Of a stretch of 64,000 bases of DNA, positions 50,577 to 60,604 are shown piece by piece. The position numbers and the translations under genes were made by a program. Numbering within the stretch: position 1 is the first letter of the stretch; each line of letters starts with the position of its first letter. The DNA is from Candidatus Taylorbacteria bacterium RIFCSPHIGHO2_01_FULL_46_22b (GTDB lineage: Bacteria > Patescibacteriota > Minisyncoccia > Phycocordibacterales > DSPV01): positions 140,479-204,478 of the forward strand of contig MHRF01000007.1 in NCBI GenBank assembly GCA_001820875.1. The letters are read 5' to 3'. The notes under the pieces are model-generated. The model made no database searches. It was given only the letters and a program-made list of their open reading frames with translations, and was not told where the DNA came from.

Positions 50577-52728
50577 TGCAAGGAAGGGTATAAAGGATGT
50601 TCATGTATGTGTATGAATTCTCCCTCCTCTTGCAACTCTCCCCGTTGGAGAAAGGGGTTGCAGTTCGCCCAAGGCGAACTGCAACAGTGGAAACAGGTGT
50701 ACCCCGTCCCTCAGTTGTAGGTTTTTACTCTCCTGTTCGCACAATTGGGGATGTGTATACCTAGGAACTCGTTTTAGTGGCGTTCTCTCACATCCCCGAA
50801 ATTGAGGCGCGCGGTGCATGGCATCCTTCATGCGTTAATTTACTCCTCTCCGCGCACCTGAAAGAATCCTCGGATCCAATGGTGTAGGTGTCGGTCAAGG
50901 TGAGTTGAATTCTCTCCATTGAATCCGAGAAAGTATTTGTCTCAAAGAACTACGGAACGAGTATGATTTCTCTTTCGAGTTAATGCCGTTTTCTCTCGCT
51001 CCGCCCTGTCTGGTGACAGGGGAAATTGTCCGGCCAGATTGCTCTGACCGAGGAGGGTATAGTGCGCGAATCACTTTAGGTCGTTGTTCTCCCTCCTCAA
51101 AAACCACCAGTATTTCATTCTTATATTCTCAAGAATATGAGAATGAGAGTTTTCTACGGTGATGATCTGTGAGGAGGACCCGTCCTGCAAGACATTTTCG
51201 TGTTGCGGGACGGGAACGGTGAGTGTAGCGGTGCCCTCAATTTGAGCATGTTTCTCTCTCACCTATTTGCCTTGTCGAATGGCAAGGAAAGTCTTGCGAG
51301 GGAGGTTTAGCATGAAGCTCAAGCTGTAGATTCATCGTCTCCTCCCTCGAGTCCCCGTCTTGCGACAGGGAAATTGGTGTGCGGTGGTGTAAGTTCATTT
51401 TTCAAGGGGAACTCTCTTATTCTCCACCGCACTTTCTTCCGCCTTTCAGCAGAAGAAATTTACAAAGAACTCCGGAGCGAGTGTACGAATTGTATCTATT
51501 CAGTTTCCATCTCTCTCGCTCCGCCCCGTCCGGTGACAGGGGAAATTGGTCGGGGTGGGTTTAGGGTTTACATCAAGACAAGAAACCTTCTCTCCCACCC
51601 CGTTCTCGCTCGTGTGAGCAAACGAGAAAATTCTGTGTTCGGCGGGGCATAGTGGCGAGTTCAATTTGAATGGTTGATTCCTCTGCCGAACACATCTCCA
51701 CCAACTCGCGCTGATGGAAAAATTCTCGGATGTGGTGGTCTATAAACACCTTCAGTTGAGCGCAAGCTTCTCCACCACATCCGAAAGGTTGGTGAGGTTG
51801 ATGTAAAGAGCTCTTCGATTTTCATCTCATGCTTCTCCAACCTCACCCTTGCTCGGTTTGCACGAACAAGGAAATTCAAGCGCGCGGTGTACGATCACCT
51901 TCAAAGGTAAATCCTATCTCTCCGCGCGCCTGTCCTCGCCGTGGGCGAGGAAATTGTGAAAGAACTCCGGAGCGAGTGTAAGCAGATGATCGAATTTATC
52001 ATCGGTTTCTCTCGCTCCGCCCACTCGCTTTGGCAAGAGGGAAAATTGTTCGGCCGAATTGCTCCGACCGAGGAGGGTGTAATTGCAGTCTCGGATTACA
52101 ATGAAAGCATCTCCCTCCTCACAAACCACTCTATATTGAATGATCTGTGAGGAAGGTCCATCCCACAAGACACTTTCGTGCTGCGGGACGGACAGGGCAG
52201 GTGAGTGTAGTCGTCCTCTCGTTTTTGAGTAGTAGTAGTATCTCTCACCCAAAAGTCTCGCGAGGGAGGTGTAGTTGAATGATCAAATGAACAGTCTTCT
52301 CTCCTCCCTCACATCCCTATCTTTCGACAGGGAAATTGATGTGCGGTGGTGTAATTTACTACCTCAAGTTGAGTCGCGGTCTCTCCACTGCACACACTCT
52401 TCCGCCTTTCAGCAGAAGAAATTTACAAAGAACTTCGGAGCGAGTGTACGAATTGTATCTATTCAGTTTCCATCTCTCTCGCTCCGCCCTGTCCGGTGAC
52501 AGGGGAAATTCTGGATGCAGTGGTGTACATCACAACTCAAGTGTAAAGAACACGTCTCCACTGCACCCTCCTGAAACGCTTTCGCGAAACAGGGAAATTG
52601 TTCCCGTCCGCACCTCGGCTTGGTAACCTTAGTACTTCCTCGCTCTACGCTCGGTCGCTTGCGCAGACGGGGTGGACGTTGGTGTAGACCCGCGTGCCTG
52701 ATATAAGGATATATTCTCCAACGCCCGC
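50577..52728 (-). ncRNA. array of 24 dual-spacer stem-loop RNAs (TIGR-like / C/D-guide-like)
   Basis: plus-strand consensus: stem-GTGTA-N9-TC-N4..6-NA-N9-TCTC-complementary stem, repeated 24 times with variable N9s; strand set by terminator, promoter, GNRA loops and mostly G-U wobbles. Confidence 0.85.
50944..52510. repeat. higher-order direct duplication inside the array (about 50944-51547 vs 51959-52510)
   Basis: same ordered stems CGGA(A/G)CGA, GAGGAGG, GGTGA, GAGGGAG, GTGCGGTG, CGGAGCGA and same linkers in both copies. Confidence 0.88.
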
Positions 52729-52731
52729 GAT

Positions 52732-52760
52732 ACGTTAACACATAATTTGCCTTACCGCAA
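52732..52760 (-). promoter_or_regulatory. candidate promoter of the array
   Basis: minus strand TTGCGG-17 nt-TAACGT with extended -10 TG; predicted start falls at the first stem. Confidence 0.55.
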
Positions 52761-52765
52761 GGGTT

Positions 52766-52793
52766 TTGACAAAGGAGAAAATACCGTTAGTAT
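52766..52793 (+). promoter_or_regulatory. candidate groES promoter
   Basis: TTGACA-16 nt-TAGTAT, back-to-back with the array promoter. Confidence 0.6.
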
Positions 52794-52859
52794 TAGTCCC
52801 ACGTTCTAGTTTTAACCGTTCCCCTTGCAAATCTGCATAGGGGGTAATTTTTGAAGTCT

Positions 52860-53180
52860 ATGAAAAAGACCAACACTAAAAAACCTTCTTTTAATGTTAA
52901 GCCACTTGGCGATCGAGTTTTGGTGCGAGAGATAGAAATGACCGATGGAAGTCAGACTAAATCTGGCATTATTATTCCCGAGACCGTACATGATGATAAG
53001 GGTTCAAAGAAAGGAACGGTGGTTGCCGTAGGCGCCGGCCGGCGTGAAGATGGGAAAGTAATTCCGGTTGGAGTTTCTATAGGTGACACCGTTTTATTCC
53101 AGTGGGGAGATATGATCAAAATTGACGGAGTGGAATACACGATTGTTTCCGAATCAAATATTATCGCGATTATAAAATAG
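52860..53180 (+). CDS. groES: co-chaperonin GroES
   Basis: KPLGDRVLV, TKSGIIIP, GTVVAVGAG. Confidence 0.97.
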   Translation: MKKTNTKKPSFNVKPLGDRVLVREIEMTDGSQTKSGIIIPETVHDDKGSKKGTVVAVGAGRREDGKVIPVGVSIGDTVLFQWGDMIKIDGVEYTIVSESNIIAIIK

Positions 53181-53224
53181 AATATAGAATAACGAATATT
53201 GAATCTTGGAAGAGAGAAACCTAA

Positions 53225-54931
<1,707 letters not shown>

Positions 54932-54977
54932 AAAGACGAAGCGAAAAACAACTAGAGACAAGTAATTAGAAAAAAGA

Positions 54978-55018
54978 AAAAACACCGCAATCCACAGCTT
55001 TGATTGCGGTGTTTTTTC
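54978..55018 (+). terminator. terminator after groEL
   Basis: AAAAAACACCGCAATC...GATTGCGGTGTTTTTT. Confidence 0.85.
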
Positions 55019-55037
55019 CAGAGCGTACAATATAGTC

Positions 55038-55142
55038 ATGAGAAGAGAAACAGATAATATGGCAAAAGTTCTACTTTTGTCAGTCGTTCTGATCCTGACG
55101 GTGTTTGTGATTTCCTACATCTTCATCACAGGGACGATTTAG
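55038..55142 (+). CDS. possible 34-aa single-TM peptide
   Basis: MRRETDNMAKVLLLSVVLILTVFVISYIFITGTI*, below ORF-track cutoff. Confidence 0.4.
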   Translation: MRRETDNMAKVLLLSVVLILTVFVISYIFITGTI

Positions 55143-55224
55143 GTCTGATACACAACAACAAATTAACCCCATTTCGTGGGGTCTTTGTGCTATAATATAG
55201 AAAATTACCAATAAACATTGTTAT

Positions 55225-55785
55225 ATGAATTCCTTTTATCTTCTAGTGGTTGTTGTAGTCATTTTGTTTGGTTGGGTGGTGTTTGTTTATAACCGATTTG
55301 TATCGCTCATCAATCGTGGAAAAGAGGCATGGGCCGATATTGATGTGCAGTTAAAGCGTCGCTATGATTTGATTCCAAACCTCGTAGCTACCGTTAAAGG
55401 GTACGCCACACATGAGACCGGTGCGTTTGAGAAAGTTACACAGGCTCGTACGGCTGCCATGGGAGCGCAATCGCTTGCAGACAAAAATCAGGCAGAAAAT
55501 ATGTTGACTGGTGCACTCAAGTCTCTCTTTGCAGTTGCTGAAGCTTATCCCGATCTCAAAGCAAATCAAAACTTCCTTGAACTTCAGCGTGAACTTTCTG
55601 ATACTGAAAACAAAATTCAGGCTGCTCGGAGATTTTACAACGGCAATGTGCGCGATCTCAATACGGCAATCGAATCATTCCCCGGAAATATTATTGCCAA
55701 CATGTTTAAATTCGCGAAAATGGAACTCTTTGAACTTTCTGATGCAGATGCTGCAGCCAAAGAGCCAGTGAAAGTGAGTTTCTAA
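55225..55785 (+). CDS. lemA: LemA family protein
   Basis: AWADIDVQLKRRYDLIPNL, AEAYPDLKANQNF, ARRFYN. Confidence 0.96.
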   Translation: MNSFYLLVVVVVILFGWVVFVYNRFVSLINRGKEAWADIDVQLKRRYDLIPNLVATVKGYATHETGAFEKVTQARTAAMGAQSLADKNQAENMLTGALKSLFAVAEAYPDLKANQNFLELQRELSDTENKIQAARRFYNGNVRDLNTAIESFPGNIIANMFKFAKMELFELSDADAAAKEPVKVSF

Positions 55786-55795
55786 CAATCTTTCT

Positions 55796-56284
55796 ATGGC
55801 GGACAAGGTTTTACACAGAGATCTCCATCGAGTGGTCGGGACGGTCATGATATATCGTCCTGATAGGACTTTCTTGATTACCAAACGGAGCGAAAAATTG
55901 AAGGTGCTTCCCGGAAAATGGACCATTCCCGGAGGAGGTCTTGAAGTTGATGACTATGTTGATACGCCTCCAACTAATGGAGAAGGTCAGTGGTATAACG
56001 CACTTGATCGCGCGATAGAGCGCGAGATCAAAGAAGAGACGAATCTTACCGTGGGAAAGATTGAATATCTCACCAACATTGCGTTTATTCGTCCTGACCA
56101 GAAAGCAGTACTTGTCCTAAGTTTCTTTGCTCCCTACGTTTCCGGTGAAGTGAAATTAAGCGAAGAGGATACAGATTTTGCGTGGATTAAAGTTGCGGAC
56201 GTTGAAAAGTATGATTTGATAGATGGGATTGGCGATGAAATCCGCGAAGTCGACCGTATACTCGTTCACCGCTCCAAGTTCTAA
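55796..56284 (+). CDS. NUDIX hydrolase
   Basis: WTIPGGGLE...IEREIKEETNL. Confidence 0.9.
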   Translation: MADKVLHRDLHRVVGTVMIYRPDRTFLITKRSEKLKVLPGKWTIPGGGLEVDDYVDTPPTNGEGQWYNALDRAIEREIKEETNLTVGKIEYLTNIAFIRPDQKAVLVLSFFAPYVSGEVKLSEEDTDFAWIKVADVEKYDLIDGIGDEIREVDRILVHRSKF

Positions 56285-56288
56285 GTTC

Positions 56289-56584
56289 ACCCTCTAAACT
56301 TTTTACCTACACAGTATGCAATATGTGTATATATTACAAAGTAAAAAAGATGGCGAATTATATATTGGATGTACTCATGATTTAAAAAAACGCTTGTTAT
56401 TGCATAATGCGAAAAAAATTACTTCAACAAAGAAACGAACCCCATTTATATTGATATACTATGAGGCGTTACTAGACCCGCATGATGCGTTTGAGCGTGA
56501 AAAATTTTTAAAGACTGGGTGGGGTCGAACACACATTAAGAAGATGTTGAGTAATTTTTTTAATAGGTAAAAAGTTTTTAGGGT
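56289..56584. mobile_element. putative mini-element: GIY-YIG gene bounded by 21-bp inverted repeats
   Basis: ACCCTCTAAACTTTTTACCTA (56289-56309) vs TAGGTAAAAAGTTTTTAGGGT (56564-56584), 19/21 complementary. Confidence 0.5.
56316..56570 (+). CDS. GIY-YIG nuclease
   Basis: YVYILQS...LYIGCTHDLKKRL..HN...YYEA...AFEREKFLKTGWGR. Confidence 0.93.
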   Translation: MQYVYILQSKKDGELYIGCTHDLKKRLLLHNAKKITSTKKRTPFILIYYEALLDPHDAFEREKFLKTGWGRTHIKKMLSNFFNR

Positions 56585-56586
56585 AA

Positions 56587-57498
56587 ATGGCCACTCTTTA
56601 CACACACATTGATTCAAATATACGCAAGACATGGATTTTGATGTCAGTGTTTTTTGCGTTGGTGGTTGGCATCGGATGGTTTTTAAGTTTCTATTTTCAG
56701 AGCGTCGAGATCCTATATTTCGCACTTTTTATTAGCGTGGTTACCAATATCGGAAGTTACTGGTTTTCAGACAAATTAGTAATCGCAATGACTCGCGCCC
56801 GTCCGGTTACCCGCGAAGAGAACCCTGTCTTGTGGAATATTGTCGAGAACCTCTCTATTACTGCAGGTTTGCCGATGCCCCGACTCTATATAGTAGAGGA
56901 TAGTGCGCCGAATGCGTTTGCGACAGGACGCAACAAAGAACATGCCGCGCTTGCCGTTACGTCGGGGCTTTTGACTTTGCTTGATCGCACCGAGCTTGAG
57001 GGAGTGATTGCTCACGAACTTTCGCATATCGGCAATAGAGATATTTTGGTGTCGACGGTTGTGGTGGTGTTGGCAGGATTAGTTGTTATGGTGTCTGATT
57101 TCTTTCTTCGGTTTCATCTTTTAGGAGGGAGGTCGAGAGATTCTCGCGGTGGACAAGCAGGAGCGATTCTTTTTGTGGTAGGTATTTTCAGTATGATTCT
57201 TGCACCTATTATTGCGACCGTAATTAAGTTAGCTGTGTCTCGCAAACGTGAATTTCTTGCTGATGCCTCTGGATCACTTCTCACTCGCTATCCCGAAGGT
57301 TTGGCGCGCGCACTTGGAAAAATTTCGCAGTACGGTGGGAAGATGCAGCACGCATCAAACGCAACCGCACATCTCTTTATTGCAAATCCCTTTGGTTCTG
57401 CAAACACGGGCCGCGCCGGTTTCTTTCAGAAGTTGTTTATGACACATCCGCCAGTGCAGGAGAGAGTGAAAGCATTGCTTGGCGACCACGGCGTATAA
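56587..57498 (+). CDS. htpX: M48 zinc metalloprotease HtpX
   Basis: PNAFATGR, AHELSH, SRKREFLAD, THPP. Confidence 0.96.
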   Translation: MATLYTHIDSNIRKTWILMSVFFALVVGIGWFLSFYFQSVEILYFALFISVVTNIGSYWFSDKLVIAMTRARPVTREENPVLWNIVENLSITAGLPMPRLYIVEDSAPNAFATGRNKEHAALAVTSGLLTLLDRTELEGVIAHELSHIGNRDILVSTVVVVLAGLVVMVSDFFLRFHLLGGRSRDSRGGQAGAILFVVGIFSMILAPIIATVIKLAVSRKREFLADASGSLLTRYPEGLARALGKISQYGGKMQHASNATAHLFIANPFGSANTGRAGFFQKLFMTHPPVQERVKALLGDHGV

Positions 57499-57515
57499 TA
57501 GTAGAGTAATACTAT

Positions 57516-58097
57516 ATGGAAACTGAAATTGATAAACCGACAGTTACCGATCGATTCTTGGGCTGGATACTGCTCCCACTGATTCCAAGAAGCGTTACTC
57601 CCAATCAGATTACGGCGTTCCGATTTGGAACGATTCCCTTTGTGATTTATCTTCTCGCTGTAGGGGAGTTTCGTTGGGGGCTTTTGTTATTTATGGTTTC
57701 CGCGTTTTCAGATGCGGTTGACGGTGCGCTTGCACGCGTACGTGGCCCGATTACCGCATGGGGGAAGATGTATGACCCCCTTGCTGATAAACTTTTGATC
57801 GGTTCGGTCGCGGCATTGGTTGTCTCGCGGCTATTAAGCCCATGGCTTGCGCTCACGATTATTCTTTTTGAAGTGGCGATTATTGCAACTGCATTTTGGG
57901 CGCGCAAATACCGTGGCGTGGAAATCAAAGCGAAACTGGTGGGAAAGATCAAAATGATTCTCCAGTCGTTTGGTGTCGGCTTCTTACTTTTATACACTGC
58001 TATTGGGTTTCCTATTTTGGTTTCAGTCGCGTGGTATACGCTGGGTGCTTCGCTTGCGTTTTCAGTTATGTCCCTTTTTATATATCGATCTATATAG
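57516..58097 (+). CDS. pgsA: CDP-alcohol phosphatidyltransferase
   Basis: PNQIT..R, DAVDGALAR...GKMYDPLADK. Confidence 0.9.
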   Translation: METEIDKPTVTDRFLGWILLPLIPRSVTPNQITAFRFGTIPFVIYLLAVGEFRWGLLLFMVSAFSDAVDGALARVRGPITAWGKMYDPLADKLLIGSVAALVVSRLLSPWLALTIILFEVAIIATAFWARKYRGVEIKAKLVGKIKMILQSFGVGFLLLYTAIGFPILVSVAWYTLGASLAFSVMSLFIYRSI

Positions 58098-58214
58098 TTG
58101 AAGTTCTGGTGAAGAAAGTTTAAAGTGATCATTGGTTTTTTTGCAAAGAAAATTAATACAGTGGTCTAGTGCTAATTTATTATTTTGCACTAGAACTATG
58201 ATACACTCTTAGTA

Positions 58215-58892
58215 ATGGCCGATGTTAACTCTCTCAAGTATCCAAGAAAAAGTCATCGCAAAAATGTTATTTTGCCTAAACATTCAGGAAGATTAGCTGA
58301 GTTTTTTGGGATTATGATGGGTGATGGCGGTATAAATAATTTATGGCAAGCAACCATTACTCTTAACGCTCTTTCAGACAGTCAATATTCTCGCTACGTT
58401 TCTGATTTGTGCAAAGTAACTTTTGGTATTACACCTGCAATGCGCAGGCGAAAGAGTGGTAATGCTCTTGTGATATCACTTGCAAGTACATCAATTATAG
58501 ATTTTCTTGTGGCACAAGGTTTAGTGCGAGGCAACAAACTTAAAGGAGGACTGCGAATTCCTAAATGGATATTGGGAAAAAGTTTATTCCGTAAGTCTTG
58601 CGTGCGAGGACTCATTGATACTGACGGTTGTTTTTTTGTCCATACACACAGAGTGCGTGGTAGAATCTATAAAAATATTGGCCTTTGTTTTACAAGTTAC
58701 TCACCAGAACTTATCTTTCAAGTCCGAGACATATTTGAAGAAAATGGAATTATAGGGCATATTACTAACGGTGGTCGTCGTATTTACTTATACTCGGCCA
58801 ATGAAGTTACTAAGTACTTAAAGGTATTTAGTACCTCGAACGAGCGTATTCTATCAGTCTATAAGAAATGGAGAGATGCGAGAGTGGTTTAA
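58215..58892 (+). CDS. free-standing two-motif LAGLIDADG endonuclease-like protein
   Basis: LAEFFGIMMGDG and VRGLIDTDG motifs; stop codon lies inside the tRNA. Confidence 0.85.
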   Translation: MADVNSLKYPRKSHRKNVILPKHSGRLAEFFGIMMGDGGINNLWQATITLNALSDSQYSRYVSDLCKVTFGITPAMRRRKSGNALVISLASTSIIDFLVAQGLVRGNKLKGGLRIPKWILGKSLFRKSCVRGLIDTDGCFFVHTHRVRGRIYKNIGLCFTSYSPELIFQVRDIFEENGIIGHITNGGRRIYLYSANEVTKYLKVFSTSNERILSVYKKWRDARVV

Positions 58893-58956
58893 TCGGCAGA
58901 CCTGGAAAGTCTGTGTGTCAGAAATGGCACCGAGGGTTCGAATCCCTCTCTCTCCG
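58870..58956 (+). tRNA. tRNA-Ser(GGA)
   Basis: acceptor GGAGAGA/TCTCTCC, anticodon arm CAGAC-CTGGAAA-GTCTG, long variable arm, GGTTCGAATCC; discriminator G, CCA not encoded. Confidence 0.96.
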
Positions 58957-58992
58957 ATTTTCTAGGGGAAAAGTCTCTACATAACAAATAAC

Positions 58993-59448
58993 ATGGAAAT
59001 AATAAACTGCATAAACGATAAGAACTGGCAATGTCTTGGGAACTGGAGCATTTCTAACATCCTTTGGTACTCTGTGGAGCTATTGATTCTAGGCTTGCTT
59101 GTAAAGAAATTAGTCTTTCCCCTTTTTGAATCCGTTTTCATTGCGATAAGAATCCTAAAAGGCAACCGAGGGGTTTTGGGAGAGGGGTTTGGAACAAAAG
59201 CAGCGGATGTGTTTTTAAATATTTGGAAGTCGGACATCAACTATGAAAATGCAGATACGGAGACCCTCGGAACTAGTACGAGAACGTCTATAGCAGGAAA
59301 AGTTGCGGAACGATATCTAGTTCCTAAGTTGGCTGAAATATATACTGATAACAATGGGATCAAGAAAGTGCGGGCGATAAAGAACTTTCGGAATAAATCC
59401 GTCAGGTTTATTGTGTACACTATAAAAAATCTTGTACCACGCATCTAA
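58993..59448 (+). CDS. hypothetical membrane protein
   Basis: 151-aa ORF downstream of the tRNA, one hydrophobic segment. Confidence 0.65.
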   Translation: MEIINCINDKNWQCLGNWSISNILWYSVELLILGLLVKKLVFPLFESVFIAIRILKGNRGVLGEGFGTKAADVFLNIWKSDINYENADTETLGTSTRTSIAGKVAERYLVPKLAEIYTDNNGIKKVRAIKNFRNKSVRFIVYTIKNLVPRI

Positions 59449-59476
59449 AACTTAGTAGGATCATTCACAAAAAAAT

Positions 59477-59881
59477 ATGAAAAAATTTCTCAAGAGTGAT
59501 GACGAGTGGAAGGAAAAACTTTCGGACGAACAATATCACGTGATGCGCCAAGGTGGCACCGAAGCTCCCTTCAGCGGAAAATATGTCAATGAACATGGCG
59601 CAGGAATGTATCGCTGTGTTGCGTGTGGTGCAAAACTTTTTAATTCAGATGTAAAATTTGATTCTGGAACTGGCTGGCCATCTTTTTCGGATGCGATTGA
59701 TGGAAGCATCACGTATTACGACGACACGAGTGGAGGAATGCATCGTAAAGAAGTTCGGTGTACAAATTGTGGAGCACACTTGGGACACGTGTTTGACGAT
59801 GGACCAAAAGAAAAAGGAGGGAAGCGCTATTGTATTAATTCAGTTTGCTTGGATTTGCAAAAAGAAGAAGATCAGAAATAA
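59477..59881 (+). CDS. msrB: peptide-methionine (R)-S-oxide reductase
   Basis: GTEAPF, CVAC, SGTGWPSF, HLGHVFDDGP, RYCINS. Confidence 0.97.
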   Translation: MKKFLKSDDEWKEKLSDEQYHVMRQGGTEAPFSGKYVNEHGAGMYRCVACGAKLFNSDVKFDSGTGWPSFSDAIDGSITYYDDTSGGMHRKEVRCTNCGAHLGHVFDDGPKEKGGKRYCINSVCLDLQKEEDQK

Positions 59882-59916
59882 TAATTTCTGAAAAGTTTTG
59901 TCTGTATAACTCTCGT

Positions 59917-60405
59917 ATGAGAAAATTTTCCAACACATACACTTTTGCGCTCACTATTATTGTGGCAATACTTGCCGGTTCCATCTACTGGTACTTAGAT
60001 AGTGCCACTTCGTACTTTATCGAGATGCCTGCTGACGGACAAAAGGCTCGCACGGTGTTTGTAACACTAAATAATCGGCAGATTGTCGCCGAAGTTGCGC
60101 AAACAAATACAGAATTGACGAAAGGACTTGGTGGTAGATTATCACTTTCCTCCAGCGAGGGGATGTGGTTCGATTTCGGAAAGGAAGATCGGTGGGAAAT
60201 ATGGATGAAAGACATGCTTTTCCCCATCGACATCATTTGGTTTGATAAAAATCTGAACATTATTAAGATTGCAGGCGAGATTTCACCTGATACCTATCCA
60301 CAGGTCTTCACTCCAGATATTGATGCAAGATTTGTACTTGAAGTGGAAGCTGGTTTTGCGAAATATTCGCATTTGAAGGAAGGAATGACTGTTACCGTCA
60401 AATAA
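59917..60405 (+). CDS. DUF192 domain protein
   Basis: KGLGGR..L....GMWF...WMKDMLFPIDIIW...VLEVEAG; start at ATG 59917. Confidence 0.9.
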   Translation: MRKFSNTYTFALTIIVAILAGSIYWYLDSATSYFIEMPADGQKARTVFVTLNNRQIVAEVAQTNTELTKGLGGRLSLSSSEGMWFDFGKEDRWEIWMKDMLFPIDIIWFDKNLNIIKIAGEISPDTYPQVFTPDIDARFVLEVEAGFAKYSHLKEGMTVTVK

Positions 60406-60604
60406 CAAAATCTCTCTTGGTGGGAAAATTATTTTTGGACACTGATTTGGCTATTCACCCTCGGCTTCCTTTAGTTACTCCTCTTTACAGGAGTTTTTTT
60501 TCATGGCTCGGATAGTTTTGGGACATGTTATCCCCATTTTTTTACTTCCCGAGTGGAGTAGAATTGTAGAGCACTATAATTTTTAATCATTAACGTACAC
60601 TTGT

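Noticed and set aside
51892-51902. Spacer CGATCACCT resembles the 16S rRNA 3' end (GGATCACCT)
   Set aside because: Only 8 nt match and the partner spacer shows no match I can recognise.
50577-52728. CRISPR array interpretation of the repeat region
   Set aside because: No constant 23-47 bp direct repeat and no cas genes; only short boxes, spacing and covarying stems are conserved.
50577-52728. Integron attC cassette array
   Set aside because: No RYYYAAC/GTTRRRY ends, no cassette ORFs and no integrase.
50529-52741. Short ORFs in the track across the array (e.g. 51374..51652, 51914..52252, 52336..52626)
   Set aside because: Alternative starts, no recognisable domains, overlapping on both strands; their mutual similarity follows from the DNA duplication.
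52790-52860. CIRCE element upstream of groES (and the similar palindrome at 58165)
   Set aside because: No TTAGCACTC-N9-GAGTGCTAA before groES; the 58165 arms are in the opposite order with different spacing.
60420-60604. NrdR boxes or cobalamin riboswitch upstream of nrdJ
   Set aside because: No convincing match to either consensus by eye.
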